Shown here piece by piece: positions 14,778-27,174 of a stretch of DNA of 64,000 bases. Location: positions 4,712,001 through 4,776,000 of the forward strand of contig CM102283.1 of the NCBI GenBank assembly GCA_046563655.1, given 5' to 3'. The translations under genes were made by a program, and so were the position numbers. The stretch comes from Yuukianura sp. NJ FZ-2021 (Eukaryota). Each line of letters begins with the position of its first letter. The first letter of the stretch is position 1. The notes below the pieces were generated by a model that ran no database searches, had not been told where the DNA came from, and was given only the letters and a program-made list of their open reading frames with translations.

Positions 14778-16836
14778 TCAGTAGGAGACTATGGGCAGGA
14801 GTTGCCCTTGCTCATCTCCGTCATCAAGATCGTCACTTTCAGTCTCGTCGGGGGGTTCTCTCGGTTCGAGTGAACCAGAGCCCTTGATAAGCAGATTCTC
14901 CAGGAACTCTTGACCCTCGACGCCTCCAAGGTTTAGGGTTGGATGGGATTTGAGCAGAAGGTAAACCTCCATGGGACTGATTTTACCCGGTTTTCTGAAT
15001 GGAGAGTCAATCGACGTCGCCGCCATCAGGGCAGTCATTTGTTCATTTTTCTCTTGAAGTTCGGAATCTGCTGGAAGAGTTATCGGATCAACAAGAATTG
15101 TCGAGTAGGGCCTAAGGACCAAAGAAATTTTAGTTTTTTGAGCAGTTTCAACTTTTCAACCAACTATAGTTGATTCAAATCAAAATATCTAACTGTACCT
15201 TCTCTCAGCAGTTGAGCTAGTTGGAATGTGATGCTTGGAAAGAAGGTAAGGATTGACATGGAATTCTCCGAACTGCACTTGTCCATTGGGTTTCAAGCGA
15301 AAATTCTTCCGCTCCTTTATCAATTCACGTATTAGAAGGCGAATTCGATCCTATAAATAAGGAAGTATAATGTTACGGACATAAGTTACATACGTACACG
15401 TTAAATGCTTTGATAGTGTGAATATTTTAATACACGCCAGGCAACAAAAAGTTGGGATGATAAACGTTTACCTCGACAGCCCTAGTAATGATTGGTATGA
15501 CGTGCGGGTCAATTGATCGAATTCCAAACTCCCACACTTTCATTAAAATTTTTCCAGGCAGGGTAGCTTCGGAGGAGCAAAAGAGTTCCTCCGAATTCCG
15601 ACTCGCTGGAAAATACTGTCGTAGTTCAGGTTCGTGCTCCAAGTATTCTGCAGGTAAAAATATAAATAACACTACAATTTTAAGTTTCACACGTCGTATC
15701 TCAATTTCGAAATCACAATGTTTGCACAATCTCACTTTTTACACTCATCCCATGCGTAACGTTAGGAAAGATATCACGTTTGCCTGCTTCACCATCTTCT
15801 AGAAGTTCGTTGAGAAAACCAGGCGCGGATCTCCACTAAAATTAAATTCGATAATTTACAAGTTGTAAAACAAACAGTTACTAGAACAGGTTGTGAAATT
15901 CGAAAAATTGACTTACGTCAGTCTTATTTCGAGAATAGAGGGGTCGTTCATTGAGTTCATGCAGTCTTGCTTTTCGAAGTCCAAGTAAAAACAGTAGCCT
16001 TGTTTTAGAATCATCTGCTGTGTCTTCTTCAACTTCCGCTTCCTCTTCACTGACGCTGACTGATGTCACAAGTGGAGGTGGAATTTGAATAGCTGCTGGT
16101 GCTGGCATACTGCTGGCCAAATCTAAGGAGTAAGTTGAAGGAATTTCTTCCGGCTCAGAAGCAGCGTGTAGTGTCATCACATTTCTCTTGCTAGCTCCGT
16201 TTCCACTCGTTGGGAAAAGAATTTGGGTTTGGCTAGGGGCAGGCTTGCGTTCGTCAAATTTCGGTGACACGCAGAGCTGGAGGATAGCCTGCATTAGCTT
16301 GTTGTGCAGCTCCATCGCTCTACCACTAAGAAACGGCATGTCAAATTCCCAGTCCAGCTTGTTGTGCTATGTTTAATAAAACCCAAAAGCAGTTCAATTT
16401 CAAACACTATGCAGCATAGAAAAAATTCGCTTTAACAATCAAATCATACATAACAGTACCTAATAAATATACTGTGAGTATAACAAAAACCTACCCTGTC
16501 AGAAAACCATTCTCTCATTACAACCATATACCTGTTAGGAAAAAAAAACATGTTTAGGTAACACTTCATATTATTTTCGTAGCAGATCATAGCCGACAAC
16601 CAAATAGCCACCACCGGCAATCAAAAGCCGACAATTTCAAATGACAAGTCCAAAGCCGTTGCCTTTGCCATATCGGTTATAGTGTTGTGGGCTTTGAAAT
16701 CGTCGGCTCTCGGCTGTTGATTGTCGGCTATGATCTGAAACTAATACTTTGTAGCCAAACGACATTACCGAGCGTAATTCGTCCCGAGAGCCACTCGGAG
16801 TTCCTGGCGTAGCGCGGTTATGGAATTTGAACACAT
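14778..16836 (-). CDS. TADA1: Transcriptional adapter 1 (SAGA subunit Ada1), multi-exon
   Basis: Exon 1 MCSNSITALRQELRVALG, exon 2 YMVVMREWF, LHNKLMQAILQLC, LFCSSEATLP..KVWEFGI..RAVE, and C-terminal EQMTALMAA..ISPMEVY follow the TADA1 motif order as recalled. Confidence 0.8.
16583..16737. mobile_element. Small foldback MITE in TADA1 intron 1
   Basis: CAGATCATAGCCGACAA ... TTGTCGGCTATGATCTG inverted ends. Confidence 0.6.
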
Positions 16837-18244
16837 CCTTGACTTAACGAGCCCTCCACGGTAAGCAGTTTCTTCCTGACCCTTGGAAAGTATAATAATA
16901 AAGGAATCATTAACACCGTGACCGCAGTTTTATTAATCGTGGAAAATGCAAAAGGGATTGGCAAATACCTGAATTCCAATCAACTGGTGGGTGAGCAAAC
17001 AATGAGTGACACTCTGACACTGACACAGCGTGAGCCAGGTTGCTCGTGTATTAACGGTCAGACACCATACGGTCTAAATTTTAGACTCACTCTAATAAAA
17101 TAAAATGATTACGATGAACTAAAAATTAAACGACGTCAACCCGAATAAGCATATTGATGTGTTAATGTTTCTAAGACTTGTAGAGTACAAAAACGGGACG
17201 CACTATTCCGCTGATACGCGGGTTGCATTTGGATTTCGTGACACCGTAACCCGTACCCGGGGGGAGCATGTTCACTATTGAATATCTTCTGCTGGTGGGT
17301 CAACTCTTTCCGGGTCAAAGGTTAGAGAAAGGTCTAGTGATGGGACGAGTATGAAGTACTACTTAACTAATCCGTACGAGTGATGACGAGTACTTCGTCG
17401 TTACTTATACTTCGCAACTGCGGTACTTGGTAGTTCGTACTCGTGAAGGATTCAACGAGTACGTACTAAAGTACTTGTATTGTAAGGCAAAATTGAATTT
17501 ATCTTTTCAATTTTTGGTTGGATTATACCTACAATGTGTGCGCATGTGCGCATGGAAAAATTTCGAGAAAAAGGTCAATAACATTCCCAGGCAACCCAAA
17601 AAATGACCTCTACAAAAGTTGTTGGGCTTGATGAGAGGATCATTTTTTGTCCTCTGACATATGACCCTGTGACCTTCCGTTGAGGTCATAGGTCAATTTG
17701 AAAGTTTGTAAGGTTAGGTTTAGGTTATACCTTCAAATTGAGTTTTGTTTTATATAAATTATTTATTTAGTTATTATTATTATATTTATAATATATAATT
17801 TATAGTTTTGCTAAATTTATACTTTCAAAGTGCGTCATTTCATGTTGCGTTTAAACGAAAAAATCTATGTTAGGTTTCTAAAAAATAGTATTGAACATTA
17901 AGTCTCGGAACCAGGTACTGAATAAAATTGAATTATTCCAATTAAGTTCTAATTTAAATCGCATATAATCCAAAGATATAATCAAGCAAAAATATACACA
18001 GACTTGGACTCAATTACGCGTATGAAGTTAGAGGTAACTCTGGAGGAAAATACTTTGAGGACGCACGCATTCACTTACTTCATTAATTAATAAATTCTTA
18101 TAAATTCAGCAAAAATAAATTTATTGCATTCTAATAATAAAGGTCAAAGTAATACTACTTATATAAAATGAGTTTACAGTATATTGTAAATTAGAATCAG
18201 ATGAGGCTACTCAACATCGCGAATTTGGCAGTTTATATGAGCAT

Positions 18245-18632
18245 TAGAGCTTGAATATTCGAGCACTACGCTCAATTTTCTAATAAGGAATAGGTATTCC
18301 AATAGGAAAACAGGAATATTTGAACAACGAATACGAATTTTCAAACAAATTTTCAAGGATGGATATCTCATTCCGATCTTGCTTTAGCCCGTTTTTATTT
18401 GAGTTCAATTTTGTTTTAATTATTTTTTACAATTTTTATTTTTTTTTCAGTTCTTTTTAGTTCAAAACGGTCAATTATTGGTTACTGACCCTGATCCTAA
18501 AAAACCATTAACTAAAATTCAATCAATTCCTAACAGACTATTCGAATATGCCCCTTTGGTATTCGAATTACGAAGCTTAAAAAAACAAGGCTTCGTATTC
18601 GAATAATCGAGTATTCGGATATTCAAGTTCTA
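18245..18632. mobile_element. hAT-type MITE
   Basis: TIR TAGAGCTTGAATATTCGA / TCGGATATTCAAGTTCTA; exact 8-bp TSD ATGAGCAT at 18237-18244 and 18633-18640. Confidence 0.85.
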
Positions 18633-18950
18633 ATGAGCATTGTAGAAGTAAGTGTAAACAAGACCAATAAACTTCTAAAATTTGGAAAAGTTATATTATA
18701 TTAATTATAATTCATATTTTTTTTATAGAAGATCTCTGAACACAACAAGTAACCTTTGGTTCCACGCCTGTACCCAGCCGACAAATTTTTAGGGCAGCTC
18801 TAGTTATACTCACCCATTGTACCCATCGAATGTGTACATTTCTACCCACCACTGGAAGGAAGACACCTACGACATGACCAACTTAACGCACTTCACAACT
18901 CACGGCAGATTATTGTTGACCCATTTGCGGACTTTTGCAGAAAACTCGTC

Positions 18951-19271
18951 GTGGCGCTAGTCATTCTACTAGTTATTTTTCTCCCGTTGTATTTATTCCG
19001 ACACAAAATAACAGCTTTTTTAGGCCCAAAAATTCAACAGTTTAAAAACCGTCAGAATCCGCCTCCACCGCCAACTCTTCCTCCTGAAGACCAGACACAG
19101 GCCGACATTCAACTTGCCCGCGAAATTACTTCAATTCTACAATCCGGAGAAACCGCTTCAGCCCCGCCTGTGGAAATAGTTATTCCCTATCAACCAACTC
19201 AGTTGATTGACTTGCAATCGGTTGTAAAGAAACCGCCAAAATATAAAAATCAAGTTTACCCAGAGGTGTAA
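18951..19271 (+). CDS. Small single-pass membrane protein (5' part uncertain)
   Basis: Hydrophobic stretch LVILLVIFLPLYLF followed by basic residues and a Pro-rich tail. Confidence 0.4.
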   Translation: MALVILLVIFLPLYLFRHKITAFLGPKIQQFKNRQNPPPPPTLPPEDQTQADIQLAREITSILQSGETASAPPVEIVIPYQPTQLIDLQSVVKKPPKYKNQVYPEV

Positions 19272-19443
19272 CCATACCTCCCCCTCCTTTCGTCAACAAT
19301 ACTCATAACTTCACCATACAACAAAACAACCATTAAATATAATAAAAACTCTAATATTAGAATCTTCCAAACCTCAAAATCTTGGTTCAGTAAAACTTTT
19401 AAATTTAACAGGCTCTAATTCAACCCTATGAGCTCCTGGGAAA

Positions 19444-20112
19444 ATGGATCCAATCCTTCCTCCCAGACTCACCCTCTGGCACAAGAACACCCAACCGGAA
19501 GATACGGTCGCAATTGACTGCGAATTCGTCTTTCTAAAGTCCGGATCTGGAAGCTCTAGAGTTAAATGTGCTACAGTTGACATTGTCGATCATAAAAGTA
19601 TCGCTATTTATAGTGCAAAAATTTACCACCCTAAAAACTCTTATAAAGTTAATTATCACACAAAAAAAGTTAATGGCTTCCGAACTGACTCGTTTGACAA
19701 TCCATCCTTCAAAACTCTCGATTTAGTTACCTCCGAAGTACGTTCACTTTTGGAATCAAAAACCTTAGTAGGGTTAGCGTTAAAAGGCGATCTAAACTCC
19801 TTATCTTTGCAACTCTCGGAATTCAAAACTATTGAACTTCAGGAGACATTTTTTCGTTACAAAAGAAACAAAAATGGGGAGCCCCAACTAACAAATAAGG
19901 GAGAATTCATACCTGAACCTATGGGATTTTCTACAATCCACGAAAAACTTTTTGGGGAACCACTTTACTCCTCCGACTCTACTCACTCGTCGTTGAAAGA
20001 CGCGCAAGCAACAATGCGTATCTTCCAACACTATTTTTACCCGGAAAATTCCACGGGGCCCAAGTCCGCTGCCTGTTTACTCTCTGCTACTCTTGATTCT
20101 CTTCACCTCTGA
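19444..20112 (+). CDS. Intronless DEDDh 3'-5' exonuclease, REX4/ISG20-like
   Basis: ExoI AIDCEFV, ExoII LVGLALKGDL, ExoIII HSSLKDAQATMRIF; all D-E-D-H-D positions present. Confidence 0.8.
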   Translation: MDPILPPRLTLWHKNTQPEDTVAIDCEFVFLKSGSGSSRVKCATVDIVDHKSIAIYSAKIYHPKNSYKVNYHTKKVNGFRTDSFDNPSFKTLDLVTSEVRSLLESKTLVGLALKGDLNSLSLQLSEFKTIELQETFFRYKRNKNGEPQLTNKGEFIPEPMGFSTIHEKLFGEPLYSSDSTHSSLKDAQATMRIFQHYFYPENSTGPKSAACLLSATLDSLHL

Positions 20113-20177
20113 ACTGCATGATTAACAGGTCTAGCCATCACATCAAACTCTAAAATACTCTCTTCTACTTTAACAGG

Positions 20178-22453
20178 ATGAATAGAAAAATTCCAAGCCA
20201 GTTTGACCCTAACCTAATGGCCAACTTAAACGGCGAATTAAGTTATCGCGCTTGGTGTCAAGAAATACGACGCCAATGCCATCGCGTTGTCCCCCCATTG
20301 GACTTCAGCACTGTACATCAGAGTGAACGTATTCGGGCTTACGAAATTTACCTGGAGGCCATCCGAACGGGATCAGAGGCAATTCCAACAGGCTGCCTTG
20401 TTTCACCCCACACCTCCCCCCATAACACACTCCCCAAACAGCACCGCTCCGTTGACACCGCCCAGGCCACTCCTCCCGTATAACTGGGGATCGTCGAACC
20501 CCGAAGAAGCTCTTCAAAATCGACGACAGGAACAGATCCAACGAGATGTGCCGAACCCTCATTTTCGCACAATCGAACCTTCCCGTTCCAATTACCATGC
20601 CACATCGGACCGCGCTCCGGACCGAACCCGGACGAAGCACACTTCGGACAGATTCGAACCCCGAACATCCGACCAGCAAAATCCTCCCGACCCAGCCCAC
20701 CAACGTCACTCCGCGTTACAACCAACTCAACCACATACTTCGAATAGAGATCGCCCTGACCGCGAAAAGAACCGACCCTATTCGGACCAACGAACGGGCA
20801 GGGACCGGTCCAGCCCTGTCTCGAATCATGCAGAACACCCCTATGGTTCTAACCGTTCCCGCCAATATTATAATACATCCCACTCCACTCCCCACCACCG
20901 GTCCGACCAGGACCGCTCTAATGCCCACTCGTGGCAACCCCGCAATACTCGCCAAACCCCAAACCGGGAACCTAATAGAAACCGATCGGATGATCACAAT
21001 AAGAAGAAATCGCGTGTCCCTGCCGAAATACTTGAACGTGCAGCCAAGCACAATGCCGAACAGTTTAGAAAAGGATTCAAACCTCCTACGACGAACTTGC
21101 CGGAACCGGACCTTCCGGACAGATTTCCCCGATACGACCCAACTCGGCCGATTGTGGACCGTGGCTATGGCCTTACCACAAAAAGTTATCCAACCGTCCG
21201 AAACGAGAACCGCAACAACCGGCCACAACCCACTCCAACCATCCAAAGCACGAACCCAGATTTCCCTCACAACTGGGTAGACGACGACGAAGTGGTCGTC
21301 TTGGCAACCACAAATAACACTCCACCACCCCCTTGCTCCACCCAGCCACCACGCAACTTCCCACCCCCATCAGCCACAATCACCTCCGCCACGGTTACGA
21401 CGACAGAAGGAGCGCCTCAACCACACTCTCCACTGACTCCACAACACAACGTTTCTCAGAACCAATCCATTCCGAACCACACTATCCAAGACCTTTGTGC
21501 TGTACTCGACAAACTCCGCCACAAGATGGCCCATGCCACTAATCCGTCCTCTGCCGCCTACCAAGCTCATCCAACCAATCAACCAGTGCCCGAAACGACA
21601 ACCATAACGTCCGAACAAATCAGTACGCCACTAAAAGAAGTCATCCTTAAATTGAACCGAGTTCAGCCAACCAGCATCCCAACCCACCAACCGGACGGAG
21701 AATCATCATCATCATCCTCTTCATCTTCTAACAATCTCACTACTCCAAAAACTTTTAAAATTCCTCGTCTTTCCCGGGATCCAACCAAACAAATTAGACG
21801 ACCAAGAACAGATTCCGAATCCCCTTCCAGCGAGCGAAAATCCGACAATACCCAAAATAAAAGGGCGAAGTCATCTTATCCGTCTAAGCAAGCTCGTCAT
21901 AAGTCACTGCCCGCCTCCCGACCAAGCTCTTCTCAATCTCCGGCGAGCTACAAGGGCCACGCCTCAACTTTGAAGAAAAGGACTCGCGTCCTTTTCCTCC
22001 GGGTCAGTCTTCTGGCTTCGGTTGGTAACGGTAGATCTTGCTTGGTTCCAAAACCTTGTATTCATCTTTCTCTTCCGAATTACAATAAAAGTTAAAGTAC
22101 AGTATCACTAGATTGTGTGTGATCCACCATTCTCTTCAGTTACGTCCTTTGTTTGAGTATTAGAGACGGATCGAACTTTACACAGTTTGAGTGACAGTCC
22201 AATCGTCTTAGTTTCAAGGTGTCTACGTTTTCTTCTCCTCGCTTCATCCACTCTCTCTCTCTCTCCCTACCCATCAAGGAAAGTTAAGGACCTCACTCGT
22301 TCTTCCAAGGCGCAAGACAGATATCCAGACAAGCCCGTGACCGGAGTCCCGCCAGACAAGGACCACGCTCATCTGCTCGACTCATCGACTAGGAAGGAAG
22401 CGTCCCACCCACGGAAGTACTCCCGCGATCATCAACCTCCCATCGACAGGTAA
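20178..22453 (+). pseudogene. Long low-complexity (Pro/Ser/Thr/Arg-rich) ORF set, possibly frameshifted or spliced
   Basis: Overlapping ORFs 20178-20483 and 20287-22095; acceptor TTTAACAG at 20177; strong C-rich/G-poor strand skew; no domain recognised. Confidence 0.35.
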
Positions 22454-23959
22454 GCTCGGAAATCTTTAGTTATTTTCTTATCAACATTTTCTCTTTTCTC
22501 TCTCTTTCTCCAACTATGGAGCTCTCCCTCGCCACCCTCTTCTCTGTTTCTATCTCTGTCACAAGCATCGTCATTCACAGCTGACCCTGACCGGGGTCAT
22601 AGGCAAGTCAGGTCCCTCAACAAACGAAAACCTACAAGGTGCTAAGGCGGGGTCATTGACCCCGTCAGGGCAGCCACCGTGACCAAGCGGTGGTGGCACC
22701 AGTCCAATCCCCTCATCACCCCGCCATGACTTTTGGTGGGTAGTTTCCAAGCCCCTGGTGGGACCTCGCCATGGTCTTTAGTGGGGCCCACTACTCGGGA
22801 GGACGCCTTCGGGTGAGACTCCCGAGAGTTAGGTTGTTTTATTTTGGAAGGTTTGTTTTGGTGTATCGTGGGACCCTCCCACCCGTTCCTCGGGTGGGAC
22901 GCCTTCGGGTGAGACCACCATGTAGTTGGTTCGTATCATGTCGCCCCCTTCCCCAAAACGCCATTGTCGTTTTGAATCTTCCCCAAAACGCCATTGTCGT
23001 TTTGAATAAAATTAAATTGTGAGGTGATAGAATGGTGAAATCAAATAAAGTGTTAATAATAAAATAGTAAAATACTAAAATGATTAATAAAATGGTGTTA
23101 GTACTAGTATCGAATTTCAAAAAGAAAAATGTCCATGCATAATTGTGTGTGTCTGATTTTATGGGAATCATTGTGTATGTGTGTGTGTGTGTTTTTCTTG
23201 AACCACTTCATGGAGTAAAACCGTCATCTAGTGTCGAGGTAATGGAAGGAGGGAAGATTTTCAGAATGGAAAGTATTTAACATTGAGGGTATGGATCACG
23301 TCAATGTGAAATAGGAGACTCAGATACCCTACTTGAGTGGAAATCCATTTCGCTTTCATCGCAGGTACTTGGTGAGGTGGCGCTTGTGTTCTATCATATT
23401 CGCAATTGTTTCTGTAAAGTCTACTTTGTATTCAAGTTGTAAATATATTTGCACGTTAGTAATATTAATTACCATAATGCAAGATCACGATTACTGTGCC
23501 ACTGGGAAAACAACTACAACTGTTGTGTATGGAGGATCTAAGAAGAGGAGGTTGGATTGTAATGGTAAGTAAACTAAACTTGTTAGATAACTTAACCACC
23601 TTTTTTATAAACAAACAAATTCTGTTTTAGCTTTGTTTATGGTCAGGTTAAGTTAACCTAATCTAACCCTGCCTAGACTACGCTTAAAATTTTATAACAG
23701 TTGAGGCACTTTATGACCGGGGTAAACTACAGACTAATTAATTTTTTAGCAAGATGATGAAGTCATCTCTATGGCCTTGTTTGGTCTCATACGTTGGTCA
23801 GCAAAAAGAAGATTTTGATGCAGTTTGTTTATGTTTGATATATTTAGTTCAATTACATTCCCAATTAAATTAATTTTCTCTTTGTGAAATTTTTCAAATA
23901 ACGCAAATTTGCTCATCTCGCCCTGAATGGGGCAAACTCTTTCGAAACTATGATTACTT

Positions 23960-24470
23960 TTATTTACCAATATTCGCAAATGTGACAATTTTCTTTATTC
24001 GTTTTCGAACACTGTAGTTTTGTACACCGTCTCCAAATATTTCGTTTTTGGTTCCTCCTCGCTTGTTGAGACGTATGACTTCTTTGCTACCTTGCAGTGT
24101 CGTTTGTCTTCCTCTTGTGTTTTCTTCAATGTTTTGGCACAAGAGTAGGGAGATATAGGGTACAGTCCCAGAATATCTTGGTCGTAGTACCGGTGTCCTT
24201 ATTTGTCAGGAACATTCGGTGGCTTACAGAGTCGTGTACAATTTTCATGTGTGGCAGTTTCCAGACGTCTCCGCCGTGCTGCATGTAGATTTGGAAGAAG
24301 TTTCCCATAAGCTTGGGTATCTCTTCGTTGCCAACGTCAACGGCCGTTCCTTTGTGCCTCTGAATACGGACCACTTTGTTTCCGTCGTATTCGCGAAAGA
24401 AACAGAACAACCATCTGTTGTCTATACCTGAAGTACTAGTTGCCTCCTCAATGATTTTTCTTTTCAAATC
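23960..24470 (-). pseudogene. Unknown ORF (MDLKRKIIEE...), possibly a Maverick accessory gene
   Basis: Protein-like 169-aa ORF upstream of, and divergent from, the Maverick integrase; family not recognised. Confidence 0.3.
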
Positions 24471-24798
24471 CATTTTTCTTTTCACAGTCGCTACTTTAAA
24501 AATCTGATATAACAGAGACCAGAGTCGACGGCGGTACTGCTGCGTCAGTTTCCAGAGACAGACTACTCGAATGAATCGTTGATGGTACAGGAGAAGCTGT
24601 AATATACAAACTAAAAACCTCATCCAATTCCCCACTCCCGCTCATGGGGCCTCACAGGAAGCCCCACTGGAGGGAGTGGAGAAATGGAGGAGGTTTTTAG
24701 TTTGTATATTACAGCTTCTCCTGTATTTGTTTTGCGCTACAATAGACAAAAAATGGTTCATCGTTTCTCTTCTTCTTACTTGTGTTTAAAAATAAATA

Positions 24799-25652
24799 CA
24801 GGGTTGGTAGAGGATAGGGTTAACCGTTCCGGAGGCTTTTTGAAAAAAACAAACTTTTTGAGCTGGCTGACTTCAATCAGCTAACTGAATCTGTTGCTAA
24901 GACGATTTTGAATTTTGAATTTCAATGTACAGAGCGGATCTTCACAAGCGATGAATTATTACGAAATGAACTTAAGTAAGTCGGAGCATATTTGTGAAAT
25001 CGACAATTTGCGTTTCCCCTTAATTTTTTTGATTCGAATGAAAATTTGCGGGATGGTAGTTCCTTACGGGATAGCTCGAACTCCCCTGGTCATTTGACAT
25101 TTGACCTCCCCGGTCAAAGGTCAAAGCCAAAATAAATTCTAAACTTCGCATAAACTGCGCACAAACTGTGCACAAACTGTGCATAAACTGCGCACAAACT
25201 GCGCATAAACTGCGCATAAACTGCGCATAAACTGCGCACAAACTGCGCACAAACTGCGCATAAACTGCGCACAAACTGCGCACAAACTGCGCATAAACTG
25301 CGCACAAACTGCGCTCAGACCTTTTTGAAATTACCAATTCTTTTGTAAATTCTGTTCCGAATCAGCTTATCAAGCCATTTCCAACAAAATATTAACTTGC
25401 ATTGGGCTGTCTGTCATAAGTTCACTCGGTGACCTCAGAGTTTTCAGTTTTCAAAATGTTGTTCAAACACTTACTTTTAATTGTAGCAAATTAATCCTCA
25501 AGGACTTTAAGAAACGCACTGTACAAAAAATTAATTTATTTAAAATTGTTTCTACGACAAACAAAGCTGGTTGAAAAAATTCAACCAGCTCAAAAAGTTT
25601 GTTTTTTTCAAAAAGCCTCCGGAACGGTTAACCCTATCCTCCACCAACCCTG
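24799..25652. mobile_element. hAT-type MITE with internal minisatellite
   Basis: ~68-bp near-perfect TIRs CAGGGTTGGT(A/G)GAGGATAGGGTTAACCG...; exact 8-bp TSD AATAAATA (24791-24798, 25653-25660). Confidence 0.9.
25147..25314. repeat. 11-bp tandem repeat GCGCA(C/T)AAACT, ~15 copies
   Basis: Directly visible; explains the repetitive ORFs 25020-25337 and 25114-25305. Confidence 0.95.
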
Positions 25653-25823
25653 AATAAATATAAATTCCTAGCAAAAAAGAAGAAACTTCCAGGGAAAATA
25701 TTATAACTTTAAGTTTCTTGCCAATATGAACAGAAAATTTCTCTAAACTTGAACTTTAAAATTAAATTTTAAAAGCTTCCGGGTTCAATATTCTTTTGGC
25801 AGTGAAAGTGTTCAGGTGTAAAA

Positions 25824-26856
25824 ATGGGAAAAACCAGAGCGTCTCAGCTGAAAAAAGACTATACGACTCAAAAAAAGGTGGGTTTTTCTGGCTTGCCTAC
25901 GTTTCTACGGGCGACGGGTCGCAAAAACGATAAAAGGACAGGGGAGGAACTGCAAAGTATTCCGAGTTATAGCCTGTTTCGTAACGTGAGACAAAAGTTT
26001 CCTGTGCGCACGACGATTGTGCCTACGCTGCACTTTAGCTATGGAGCAGATTTAATGTCGATGCAGAATGTATCACACCTAAACAAGGGAGTACAGTATG
26101 CACTGATTGCTACCGCGTTAATCGATTCAAAAAATCAGTATGACGTGGAGGCGGGACTAAAGAACTGTTTCAAGGCCACGGGCCACTTTCCAAAATTCTT
26201 GCTGGTTGACGAGGTTTGTTCAGTTTAAATTTTGCCACCTTTTTCCATTCCAAGGTTCGTTGTTACAGTATAACAAAATTTGCACAATTGCAGGGAAAGG
26301 AGTTTTACAAGTCGACCGTCAAGGCTTTTTTTAAAGAAGAATGGAGTGATGCTCTATAGCGTTCACTCCAAGCAAAAGTGTAGCATATGTGAACGTATAA
26401 TTCAAACGCTAAGGCTAAAACTTAGTTGAATTGCACATTATTTCAAAACTCCTGGAGAATTTTTGTATGCTTGGGAAATTGTTGTTGCAAACTACAACCA
26501 CAGTTATCACAGCACAATTAAGGTGATTTATTTTTTTCAGAATTACCAGTTTGAAGCATTTCGAGAAGAATCGGGATACATTTACTAGTCTATTTTAGAT
26601 GGCTCCGGTCAAAGTAACCGAGAAAAATTCTGATGTCGTCTTTCTTCACATTTATGGGAAAATCATTACTGCCAAGAAACCAAAACCGCAGTATAAAGTA
26701 GGCACGCTGGTTAGAATCTCAGAGAATCGCTTGACCTTTACAAAATCGTCGGCCAATCAGCTTTGGACTACAGAAATTTTCAAAATTGTTGAAGTCAATG
26801 TTTCCAACGTTCCCTACTACTTCTTGTCTGCACTCGACGGAGAGAGGATCGAAGGT
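25824..26856 (+). pseudogene. Maverick/Polinton retroviral-like (rve) integrase with two introns; frameshift and stop in exon 2
   Basis: YSLFRNVRQKFP, ADLM, VDE|GKEFY, CERIIQTL, YNHSYHSTIK|MAP, YKVGTLVRIS, WTTEIFKI, LDGERIEG; introns 26214-26293 and 26523-26598; +1 shift near 26330; TGA near 26427. Confidence 0.85.
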
Positions 26857-27174
26857 AAAGGCTCCAGTTGTGCCCTTGGAAACGGAATCTCCAGAGACGA
26901 CTTTCTTCAAGGAAACAGTTTGTTTTTGTTTGAGCTAAACGACTCCAACTTGGATGGCCAGCTTATGCCACAGCGAAAGGGAATAATTCAGGCGAGTATT
27001 TTTGTGTAAAAAAAAATGTCAAAAGAAAGTGTAATAAAACTCGTGTAATTATCATTGTAGGTGGATTTGCAATTTAAAAAGACTACCACTTCCGCACTTC
27101 AACTCCTCACCGTCGGAAGGTTTACAAACATTCTCAAGGTCCACAAGCATAGCCAATTGGAGCTTATGCAATGA
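26857..27174 (+). pseudogene. Maverick/Polinton major capsid protein C-terminal fragment, fused in frame to the integrase
   Basis: GNGISRDDFLQGNSLFLFEL...KGIIQ|VDLQFKK..LLTVGRFTNILKV resembles the Polinton capsid C-terminus as recalled; putative GC-AG intron 26992-27060. Confidence 0.65.

Noticed and set aside
17335-17480. Complete hAT MITE starting TAGTGATGGG
   Set aside because: Only one end with AGTAC-rich repeats is visible; no matching TIR or TSD found
20305-21848. Multiple antisense and alternative-frame ORFs
   Set aside because: Shadows of the skewed low-complexity plus-strand ORF; no motifs
25020-25337. Repetitive Cys-rich ORFs (SLCAVYAQF...)
   Set aside because: Translation of the 11-bp minisatellite inside a hAT MITE
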